From positions 1 through 64,000 of the forward strand of contig MU008209.1 of NCBI GenBank assembly GCA_010909165.1: DNA of 64,000 nt, read 5' to 3'. Source of the stretch: Anthoceros angustus. Taxonomy: Eukaryota; Plantae; Anthocerotophyta. The notes beneath the pieces are model-generated. The model saw only the letters and a program-made list of their open reading frames with translations, did not search any database and was not told the origin of the DNA. This document shows positions 1-10,145 of the stretch, in pieces; within the stretch, counting starts at the first letter, position 1; the number at the start of each line of letters is the position of its first letter. Position numbers and translations under genes: made by a program.

Positions 1-150
1 GGCGATTCCGACAGATGGAGAGCGCCAAGTGGAATGAGAGCTCGTCATTCCTCTGGAGTTGTCGCGATTACCGTGTCGTGGTTAAGGGGGTGTGTTGAGA
101 TACCTACCTAGGTATAGGTAACCACGTCACTAGGGCTTAATATATTTATC
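1..150 (+). mobile_element. Possible Ty1/Copia 3' end: polypurine tract followed by LTR start
   Basis: GGTTAAGGGGGTG at 80-92 is followed directly by TGTTGAGA at 93, the typical PPT/LTR junction. The LTR end could not be located. Confidence 0.35.
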
Positions 151-698
151 AACCCAGCTAGCCCTAATATGAGCAGTACTTAGTCAATTTTGTACTTAAA
201 ACACTTTTGTTGATTGATTAATGTAATTCATCTTTTGCCAAATATACAACTTCTCTCTCACTCTCCGCTCTAGGAAATCTGACATCTTCCCCCTTACCAT
301 TGAGAATCATGGGGCTAAGGGCAAGGATTCTTCCCGGCTCATTAAGGATTGTGCTAAAGCCTACCACTGTCGTCGGAACTGGGTGGGTCTCCCTCTTTCC
401 TTGGTGGTGGCTTTCCTGCAATAGCTAGTATCCATCGCCCTATAGAGGGCGCTGGCCAATGCTATTTACAGGACGGCAAGAGACATGGCGTTATCGGCGC
501 CAGTTGTAGGTATGCCTTTCCTCATCTTGGACCATGACATAATAGGGGCGGTAGGTAGCTTCATGGTAGACATTTGTGGGGGCTAGCCCCTTTAGTAGGT
601 TGTCCCCCCCTCGGTTCGGGGTAGATGGGTTTTCCACCTCTTCTTTTTAATAGTCTCCATGGTCTCTTGACTCCTACATGAAGTCGGACTCGTGCGTC

Positions 699-790
699 AA
701 GTCTCTACATAAATACGCCCAGCTGAACCAGACCACTTAAAAAAAAAGTCTCTACATAAATACGCCCAGCTGAACCAGACCACTTAAAAA
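699..790. repeat. Tandem duplication of ~45 bp
   Basis: AAGTCTCTACATAAATACGCCCAGCTGAACCAGACCACTTAAAAA occurs at 699 and again at 746. Confidence 0.9.
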
Positions 791-906
791 CAAAAAAGGC
801 CTGGCTTGCCTAGCACGAGCGCTGATCAATAGTACCGTACAACAAAGGTATCCAATTGGAGCATTGGAGCCTGACATAAAAAACCTCATATGACAAGCTT
901 AACCTT

Positions 907-3194
907 CTAGCTAACATGCACCAAATTAAATCCATCGTCCGTACATGGGGTCATGCCACCACCACTCCGTGATATGAGAAGCACCATATCACAAGCAATC
1001 CCCAGACAGGCCCTCATACATCGTTCTTGAAACCATGGAACAATCAAGTCTGAGAGCCGGGTGTGATATCTGGATGCATCCTGCCAAGCAACAATGTTGA
1101 ACATTTCAGAGAAGTGCTCGGAATTTAAGAACGCAAGCCAGTCGCTACTGTAAGTGGGGTACCGGTCCAGGTATGTCATTTGCACATTGCCTCGTAGCTA
1201 GCATGTTTGTATCTTCTTCATCCACTGCCCTAACCATGACTAGCAATCTTAGGCAGAGACTAAGAGTAGAATGGATGGTGAAGAATCGAATGAATTGCAC
1301 ACAGCACTCACCACTTCAACCGTCCAGTTTGTGGGAAACCTGTGAAGTCGATTCTTGCGGCGCCGTCGAGCTCCTCCATCATTAACTCTAGGGATGCCCC
1401 AAGCATCACGTCAACAGCCCACTGGGGGGGCCGCTTAATGATCCCCACTTCCGGAGGAGGCAGAATCCCTGCAAGCCTGTCTACTGTCGTCAGCACACAT
1501 TGATTTTCATCTGCCTGATTTGCTTGACCTGTGCAATTCTCTGGCCCACCATAATTCTGCCTCTCTGACTCTATGTTCGGGTCCTCATGCTGCTCCATCC
1601 GACGTGGCCACACCTGTTCCATGCACAACGTTGTCCGATTCTGATCGTCTTCAATACTATCCTGATACCGATTATCCTCGTCCTGAGTAGCTTGATCAGG
1701 ATCAATTCCCTCATTCCCAACCCGGTACACATCCTCTGGGATGGCCTGTTGGTTAAGAGCAGTACACTTACTGCATGATCCTTCATAACACGGAACTCCA
1801 CCCTGCAGACTAATTTTCCAAGCTTTAAAAAGTGCCAGGTCAGTGGGATTCAAGTGGATAGCCTTCAAGGTGCGATCCTTCAAGGGGGAATCCAAAAAGC
1901 GGCCTTTAACATCACCACTGGCTCTGGTGCCGTCCCCTGGCCCTTTGGGTTTGTTCTTTGAGCCTTTGGGTCGACCTCTTCGGGGCGTTGTCACAGCTGC
2001 GGCCTCTGCATTCCTCGGGTTGGCTGCAGCTGACGCATCCCCTGACCTCGGGACTCCAGCTTCTGCATCCATGGACATGGCATGTGCAACCGGACGTTCC
2101 TTCCGTCCTTCCAATAGCTTAAGATCTCCACAGCCTCCTTCTAGACCAGTGGATGCAGGCGAGTAGCCGGGAATCACATCTCCAATATCACCACCACGAG
2201 CTTCACACAAGCTCAACCTCTCTGGCCATGGCTCTGCAGGAGAAGACGAAGAATCCGGCCCCGGCTCAGGCTCAGGCTCCGTGTTCCGTGTTTTCGGCTC
2301 CAAATCAGTCCGCTCCGCATCATTGACATCCATCATATCGCTTTCTATGCGACTCAACCACTCCGAGTTCTCACCCGATGCTCTGCGACCAACTTCCTTC
2401 CTCCCGCCAACATAGTCATCATGTTCCATTGCGCATGCGTCCCCTTCGTCGTCAGTCCCAGGGCCGTCTACACCCTTCGAACTTGGCTGGCCATGCAAAG
2501 CGCGACCTTCCTCCATCTCTTCTTTCTTCCTCCTTCGCTTGTGCCCCTTGGCACCGGTACTTTCAGCAAGCGGGGCATTGTCGTCTTCAGCTTCAGAAAC
2601 GGGATGCTGCAAATTATGGTGGCCAACATCCCCTACCCCTGCGGCCTTGGTCTTCGATCCCTTGGGACGACCAGGAGCTTGCTTGGCTGTGACGCCGTCC
2701 CCTACTTGTTTCGGCTTGTTCTTGGATCCCTTGGGGCGACCACGTCCACGCTTGCCACATACTTGTTGTTTTTCCTGCTCGACAGCTGCTGTGGCCTCCC
2801 CTTCAGATCCACCGGTACCTGTTCCTTCTCCTGCAGCTCCAGGATTAGCATCGGAATGCAACGGTGTAGGTTTCTTCTTCGATCCCAATGGACGACCTCG
2901 ACGGCGACGGGGCATTGGCGCAGCTGCGGCTCCTGTAGAGCTCGGGTTGCCAGCTGCAGCTGCTGTCGAATCCTCGGAGGTGGGCGCTGCAGCTGCTGTC
3001 GCATCCTCGGTGGTGTGCGCTGCAGCTGCTGTCGCATCCTCGGAGGTGGGCGCTGCAGTTGCTGTCGCATCCTCGGAGCTGGGCACCGCAGCTGCTGCAG
3101 CTGCTGTCGCGATATCCTGGGAGCTGGGCGCTGCAGCTGCTGTCACATCCTCGGAGGTGGGCGCTGCAGCTTCTGGTTCCATTGCAGCAGGCAT
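907..3194 (-). CDS. Multi-AT-hook protein (paralog A) with N-terminal 11-aa repeats and an unknown C-terminal domain; probably two exons (3194-1312, 1147-907)
   Basis: 628-aa ORF 1308-3194 has AT-hook motifs RRRGRPLGSK, RGRGRPKGSKNK, PGRPKGSK and RRGRPKGSKNK. Its stop lies inside a GTGAGT donor (1311). Splicing to the ttacag acceptor (1148) joins it in frame to ORF 907-1185 (SDWLAFLNSEHF). The same arrangement is conserved in paralog B. Confidence 0.75.
2955..3170 (-). repeat. 33-bp coding tandem repeat (AAAAPTSEDxT), about 6-7 units
   Basis: GCTGCAGCTGCTGTCGCATCCTCGGAGGTGGGC-like units, visible in the ORF translation. Confidence 0.9.
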
Positions 3195-4257
3195 GGCAGA
3201 CGTCTTTGCGCTTGGGCGGCGTCCAGTACGTAGAGCTCTTCACCACCCACTGCGGCTCTAGATGCCCGGAGGCCGGTCCTCACTTCCCCAGTACCAAGAG
3301 CTTCACAAAATTCCACCTCCAGCTCTAGCTGTAGCTCCAGGTCTGGTGGAGAAGAAAAAACCCGGAACCCCGGCCCCTCTAACGCCGCTTCCCTCCGAAG
3401 ACCTGGACTTCAAATGACCTATTAGATCTATATGAATACCTATACCACTATTGCATCCGCACATATATATATATCACCATTGCCCTTCAATAAGTTTACC
3501 AATAACTTTTTTTAAAGTTCTGATGATAAGATATAGTATTTTTATTATCTCCAGCTGGACAAGTCCTTAGTCTATTCAGCCAGTTCTTAGCGTATACTTA
3601 AATTTATATACTAGGTAGGTGGTTTGAAGTGTAGTTATACTCTCTTCTTCTTGAAGCTTTTTTTAATGCTCTTTATATTTTGCCTAACATGGTGGCTAAG
3701 ATGATGCCTAGCTATGATTGCTGAGATGGTACCCATGGTGTTGACAATTATGATGGTGCTAATATCATTACTTGATGTTGCTAATAACATTATTGATGGA
3801 TGTTGCTAATGGCACTATTGATGGATGCTGTTAATGGTACTATTCATGCCACTAATTGGCACCGTGGAGCCGATAACAATTGGTTGTACTGACCAAAGAA
3901 ATGAATTGTTTGCAAGTAATACTCATGCAATGGAGAATCCTTAGATACATCCTTACTACCTACATATTTTTTATGACTTTGAGACTAGATGCAATTGGGG
4001 AGACATATGAATAGCCGCAAAAGGTACCAATCACATTCCATACATTTGCATATATGGAATTTGTACCTTCCTAAGATGTCCCATTTTTCCCATATGGATT
4101 TTCTCTTAAAGTCCCAATAAATATGTGGTATGATGTGTCCACGGAACTCGGCATCCTATGACCATAACTTGAGCATAAAAGGAGATGGAGCAACCTTGAT
4201 GTGTTTTATATTTTTTATGATGAAAAATCCTATGCTGCTCGGTTCATATCCCCATAA

Positions 4258-5800
4258 TACCAAACGTTAATAGGCCGAACGGTTAGGTCTCGGACGCAAC
4301 GTTTCACAAACACGTGTCTATACTTCATGCTGTGCCTCAACAGTCATTGAGAGCGAAAAAGAGCGAATAACATAATCTACAAAAATTCTCGCTTAATTAC
4401 ATGGTATTAAAACACCAGCTTTGATCTTAATCCACATCCAGCCACATGACAACCACATGCCAAGGCGCCATGCTAGGTAGTCAGATAGGAAGACGTCCCC
4501 TCGCCAGGGCCAATAGGGCCCCTTCTCAATTGGAATTTTCAAGGAATTATAGAGAACGGACTTACTTGAAGGAAGCCGGCGAAGATCTGTTGCATTATGG
4601 TTGGATGCGTATGTGTGTTCGGTGCTGCTATTGAGAGGGAAAGAATTAAAACTCAAAGGATACCTAGATCCTAATGACTACGATTAGGGTTACACATTAT
4701 GGTTGGATGCGTATGTGTGTTCGGTGCTGCTATTGAGAGGGAAAGAATTAAAACTCAAAGGATACCTAGATCCTAATGACTACGATTAGGGTTACATCCA
4801 AGCAGCTGTTCCATGACTTCCAATTTACCATAATTAGGGGCTACACCTCTTGGGTTCACCCGGCACTCCACCAGTTCCATATCTAGACCCAGCCAAAACA
4901 CCACTCAGCAATAAAAGGACGAGTGGAACCAACGAACCAAAAACATCATTATACAATCTATGCGAAAAGATAATGTACAACAGATCGAGGAGATAGACTC
5001 AACCGCCATTGCCTGGAAGCAACTCCATGACATATATGCATCTACATACATAATGCGAATGAGCGAAGGGACCGCGTACATCATCATACCATGAACTCAT
5101 GAACTCGAAGGTGACCGGGTATATCATCATACCATGAACTTTAGGAGCTGGACAAGTAAATTCCAAGCCACGGAGAGAGAGGACCTCTCAGTAGCCCTCT
5201 TTTTCTCCACCCTGCCAGAAATCCTAGGTGAGTTGTAATACAATCCTTGCAAGGGGTTAAACTTCTCGCGATAAATAAGGTCATCAGTGCAATGCTGATT
5301 GAGGAGGCTAGAAGAAACTCCTCAATACTCCTTCGCAGGGGAAGCATCCTCAAGGGCATACCTCACCAGCAGAAGGTTCAGAGCGAGGACACACACGTGG
5401 ACAATTTCAAAGAGGCTAAGGCACCTTCCGGCCAGGTCAATACAACCCATCTTGGAAGCCCGTGTGCGGATACTCTAAAATCCACAGCCACACGTATGAG
5501 GAATGCGTCTGCGGGCGGCAGCAAACAACCTATCACGGAGACCCACAAGGCGGTTAGCCCTAACTATGAAAAGGCATGTCAAGGCCAACAAATCCACCTC
5601 AGTACGTGAGTCTAGGTGACGACTCAAAACACACTATACAAGGACACGGATCAGTCCAACTCAGTTTAAAACAAGAATCCACCTTACACATCTATGATGT
5701 CCTCCTTGTACTAGGACTCATTAAAAACCTCTTCCTGTTAGGAAAGTAAACGAATCTGGCTGTTTTGGTGATCGCCGTTGCATCATAAAAATCCCACAAG
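4258..5800 (+). mobile_element. Degenerate Ty1/Copia remnant: LTR end, PBS, gag and protease fragments
   Basis: TTACA is followed by the PBS-like TGGTATTAAAAC (4402-4413; TGGTATTAGAGC in the mirrored copy). Gag-like MRKDNVQQIEEIDSTAIAWKQLHDIY and SAMLIEEARR. Protease-like VSLGDDSKHTIQGHGSVQL...DVLLVLGLIKNL near 5605-5740. Confidence 0.75.
4594..4800. repeat. Tandem duplication of ~100 bp
   Basis: ATTATGGTTGGATGCG...GATTAGGGTTACA occurs twice. The mirrored arm near 40345-40435 has it once. Confidence 0.85.
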
Positions 5801-5865
5801 GGGAACACCAGCGTGCCCAGGTGAACTGGGGTGATTTCGACTCTAATTTAGGACTTCAAACAAAC

Positions 5866-6130
5866 TTGCCCAACCGGGCTGAAGATTGTTATTTGCCCAA
5901 CCGGGCTGAAGATTGTTATTGCCCAACCGGGCTGAAAGATTGTTATTTGCCCAACTGAGCTGAAGATTGTTATTGGCCCAACCGGGCTGAAGATTGTTAT
6001 TGGCCCAACCGGGCTGAAAGATTGTTATTTGCCCAATTGCGCTGAAGATTGTTATTCGCCCAACCGGGCTGAAGATTGTTATTGGCCCAACCGGGCTGAA
6101 AGATTGTTTGCCCAACCGGGCTGAAAGATT
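5866..6130. repeat. 27-28-bp tandem array, 10 units (TTGCCCAACCGGGCTGAAGATTGTTAT)
   Basis: Units counted directly, with no spacers. Mirrored at ~38367-38635. Confidence 0.95.
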
Positions 6131-6139
6131 GATTGCCTT

Positions 6140-6700
6140 TGCACCAACAGATTTTCTCATATGGTGTATTATGTTTGCTTCCTCCCAGCTGCCACTATGT
6201 GAATAAATATTGGATATGAGCACATAGCTAGTAGCCTGTTGAGTTTCACGTCGTTGCTTTAACATACTGCCGAGCTGCATTCCGATCCAATCGCAAGCCC
6301 ACATGACTGCAGGCCGCGCAGGGATATCGATGTGAAAGTCTTCACATCAGGTTCACCTCCACGTTGTTTCATCTCCTCAAAATAGGAAATGGCCATTTGG
6401 CACTCTCTCTTGCTGGCCATAGCTAAGAATCAGATGATTCATATATACCCATGCAGTGCTGGCCATATTGCAACTCTCTATCCAGAAACCGGTCAAACAC
6501 ACACTGTGCCTCCACCGTGCTCAACTCAGCATACATGTACACCAAGGTGTGGCCAATCAGGATGTCAGCCTCGAGCCCTCTTTCAAGGATCTGCACATGA
6601 GTCCGCCTACCCTGCTGTCTAGACCCAGGGCTGGCCGTCTGCAAAATGCCGGCTAGCCGTCTGCAAAATGGTGCATGTCGTGAGAAACTGTTGAAATGCA
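6140..6700 (-). pseudogene. PLS-class PPR remnant (L/S motif plus E domain), truncated by the tandem array
   Basis: QGRRTHVQILERGLEADILIGHTLVYMYAELSTVEAQCVFD and TSYVLISNIYSHSGSWEEAN lie in different frames. Confidence 0.75.
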
Positions 6701-7199
6701 CTTTCAGTAGAGCGATGCAAGTCCCAACCGTATGTTGGCGAAGCATTGTAATGAACATGTACAAGAGGGATGTATCTCTCTACTTATATCTCCCCCTTGC
6801 GAGCAATGTCACAGCAATCAAGATACCAAGGAGGACCTCTTACATCGCCATCGCATTCTCTAAATGACCCAGGTTCATTGCATTCACTGCTATTCAGGGA
6901 CAAATTAGCTTCAGGAGACTTAGAGTGCAAGGCTTTTCACTTTGCAGGATTAATCACACACTTTCTGGTCAGGGTCTATTGTTTGATGGGATCAAGTACA
7001 TACCTCTTGTATATTGGGTTGTGTCACTCTGCTCTACTCAAGGAATTCCTTGATTTCCATGTCAAGTCTCTACATAAATATGGCAAGACCGAAATCATGC
7101 GTGGAAACCGAAGGCAAACAAAGAGACAAGAAAAGAGCAAGCAGCCGCGGGTACAGCGATTACTGCATCTCCTTCAACCAGGAGCAAATTGACTCCAGG

Positions 7200-8330
7200 A
7201 TATAACGGACTTGGAGCTGTGCTACACCTGTTCAGCACGGCGAACACAGTCCTGCAGATTGGTCTTGAATGAGTTCACCTGCTCGGGAGTTAAAGACCCA
7301 TGCTTGAGGCCCAAACGAACCTGCACCCCCAATTCAAAATCTCCTGAAGCCAACGCAAATCAGGGGTCCAGCAGCCACCTGCTCACCTATATCGTGTAAA
7401 TCCCGGGCCAAGCCTTCCAACGAGTCTCCACCCCAGGTAAAACAAAATGCACAGCAGTGAACTGCTCTATGAGCCACAAATGCATATCTAAAGTAGAGAG
7501 GTCATCTCGAGCTCTTCTCCGTGTATCCGTGATGACTTCCTTCAGCTTCAAAAGCTCAGAACGACAGTCAAGCAGCAGCCCCACGAAGAAATGCTGACCA
7601 GCCGAGCCTCCAGGTAATCAGAGTCAGGAAATGGGACCCTGGGGTAATCCCACTTAGCCCACACCCTATCCATCCGCTTGAGAGCCGTTTCTTCATCCTC
7701 TCGAAATCCTCCAGAGAAGAGATCACCGTGGGAGGTCCCCACTGCCATCTCCGTCAGCGTCAATCCCCAACAAGCGAACGTGAAAAATCCTGCATCCCGT
7801 CAAACATAAGTTGCTGAAGCCACCTTCGAATATCCTTCAAAGCAGCAGGGTTAGAAGCCTTGGCCCAATCCTGCTGGCCAGTTCGTTCAACACATCTCCA
7901 GAGAAGATGCTTCAATTCCACCAGCTGTGAATTTTGAACCATCGAAGCATCATCATCCGTGAACAGTGGCGCGGCAAGCTTGTATTTCTTCCAAAGTATG
8001 GAAAGAGAAAAGGGCACAGTGACCAGTTCCTCCAGTTTCGTCAGGAAGGCGCCCGACAAATCAATCCATTTCTGCTCAACCGCTCTGCGCGGTATTATAC
8101 TTTCGGAGTTGGTTGTCAGCTGTGTGGGTTCTCCAAGGTTGAATGTCCACTGGCCGGTCAAATGGAAAACTACTCGGAACGCGCATTTGTCTTTGTTGTC
8201 CTGCCAACGCACGTTTCTCGATGGTTTGAGTAGCCACATCGTCCCAATTTACATGGCCACGCTGGCTTCCCTCATGTGTAGCCTTCAGCGCGAGATCCCT
8301 TATTATAAACATAAAAGACATGAGGATTTG
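7200..8330 (-). pseudogene. Frameshifted coding-like region of unknown family
   Basis: Consecutive same-strand ORFs 7760-8239, 7548-7763 and 7387-7584 have globular-protein composition. Frames are repaired at different places in the copies at 10.1-10.8 kb and 36.3-37.2 kb. Confidence 0.4.
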
Positions 8331-8710
8331 GTCTGTTTGTATATCTCTAACCTCATCCCAACCTCTCTGAAGGTGCCCTAAGCCGTTTTCGTGAGATTGC
8401 TCTCAACAGAAACAAGGTGATCGGGCCGCAAGAAAAGATGGCTGGTGCAGACTTTGCATTGGATCATCATGGGCTGAGTGCTATAGAGAAATACACTTAA
8501 GATTACTTCCTAGCTGCTGCGGACCGTTGAGGAGGAGGGCTCTAACCATCAAGGGCTCAACGTGGACTTGGCATGCTGGGAGCTAGTCTGGGCGCGACAT
8601 ATCAATTCCGACAACAGCCAATCCCACGGAGGAGAATCAGCGCTAGCTTGTCCCATTGGACCAAGTGTGCAGAAGCAACCAAGTTTGTATCCTTCACCAA
8701 GGAGCCTACG

Positions 8711-8915
8711 TTTCTAAACGATATGAGTCATAGAAGAGAAAAGAAGAATTTTATTTAAGTCCACTAAGGACGGATTTCCCGTTTCTAAACGATATGAGTC
8801 ATAGAAGAAGAAGAAGAACTTTATTTAAGTCCACTAAGGACGGATTTCGTCATGGTATGAGTCATAGAAGAAGAAGAAGAATTTTATTGAAGTCCACTAA
8901 GGACGGATTTCCGTC
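8711..8915. repeat. ~71-bp tandem repeat, about 3 units
   Basis: ATGAGTCATAGAAGAAGAAGAAGAATTTTATTTAAGTCCACTAAGGACGGATTT repeats. The mirror at ~35630-35770 has two units. Confidence 0.9.
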
Positions 8916-9893
8916 ATGGGACTTGGTACTTAACAACTTGTACGATGGTGTGCCTAAGCTACTTGCACCAAGGGCATCCACTCCCTATAGGCACCCCATC
9001 TAAGAGTACCGATCCAAGCTCAGGATGCTTAATCACGGCGTTCTTATAAATGTGTGTCCATTTGGCCTAGGATATGAAGAACCACCCTAACAAAGAGAAC
9101 TTGCTGAAACTAGTAGGACTGCAAATCTCAGCTAGACAACTGGATTGCAAGATCGCTCCAGAATTCCCTTTGCAGCAGCACAGTCTCTTCGTGGAGCCAT
9201 ACTTTGTATCAGAGCTATTGACGTATCTAAGAGGAGATAGCTCCTCCCATCTCGAGAAAGACGATGTCCTCACAGGAGTGGAGAAATTGAGAGCTACAAA
9301 AGTGAACGTTGCGCGGCACTGTAAATCGTCACAAGCTACAGCACACTCGATCTTGATGGTGACCAAAAGGAGGTAACACTGAATCGTGACATTATTGCAT
9401 AAATAGAGAGCTGTTGAAGCTAGATGCCTTACAGTGCTTCGAGAAATGCAACTTGCCCTTCGCAGGTCAACACCTAGGGACCTTGAAGACATAGGCTGCT
9501 GTGCGTTACCTTTCTAATTAATAGGGCACTTGATAAATGTGCTATGATCACTATAAGAATCAGCATGACGTTGAATGTAATAAGGCCCGTACAGGAGCAT
9601 GGCTCCGAGTACACGTTCTGTTTTGCTGTTCATCGAGTACTTGCTGGTTGGTCTGGTCACTGCTGTTTCGTTTCAAAGCTAACAGCATCACTGTTGACTT
9701 TGATGGGCCATGTTCCATGCCCACAATCTAACGGTTGATCGACGTATGTGCCTTGCCATCCGATTGTCCATGTGCAGCATCTTCTAGCTTTCGCCACGCG
9801 CTGTGCCTTCTGCGCTCGCCTCCAGAAATTGGGGTGCAGATACAGCTAGAACGCGGGGCGATTTCGACTCTAATCTAAGACATTTAAGAAATG

Positions 9894-10099
9894 TAATAGT
9901 TACCCAACCGGGCTGTGAATGAAAGAAAGATTGTGGAAGAATAGTTCCCCATCCCAGCATTGATCCGCCCTACAGAGTGCTTAAATGTGGCGTTCCCCAA
10001 CTGCACAGTTAAGCGTCTCGTAGGGCGGATCAATGTTGAGATGGGGAACCATTCTTCCATAATCTTCCATTCATTCCTAGCCCGGTTGGGTAACTATTA
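9894..10099. mobile_element. ~205-bp imperfect hairpin, MITE-like
   Basis: TAATAGTTACCCAACCGGGCT...AGCCCGGTTGGGTAACTATTA termini. About 90-bp complementary arms surround a ~25-bp loop, with TA at both ends. Confidence 0.6.
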
Positions 10100-10145
10100 G
10101 ATTTCTAGGTTGGGTAACTATGAGTGCATTGGATGATCATGTGCA

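Larger units (their letters stand above)
3590..10105. repeat. Left arm of outer inverted duplication (partner ~34490-42650)
   Basis: Mirrored ORF pairs: 6423-6764(-)/37734-38075(+), 8076-8321(-)/36215-36460(+), 8573(+)/35906(-) and 4393-4656(-)/40417-40638(+). Non-coding sequence is also reverse-complementary. Confidence 0.92.

Noticed and set aside
218-600. Short minus-strand ORF 218-421 and adjacent sequence as a retroelement gene
   Set aside because: No diagnostic motif recognised.
2421-3261. Cys-rich ORFs 2421-3233(+) and 2845-3246(-), and Ala-rich ORF 2539-3261(+)
   Set aside because: Antisense or alternative frames of the GC-rich 33-bp repeat of the AT-hook gene.
5866-6130. CRISPR-like array of ~28-bp repeats
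   Set aside because: Units are contiguous with no unique spacers, there are no cas genes, and the context is eukaryotic.
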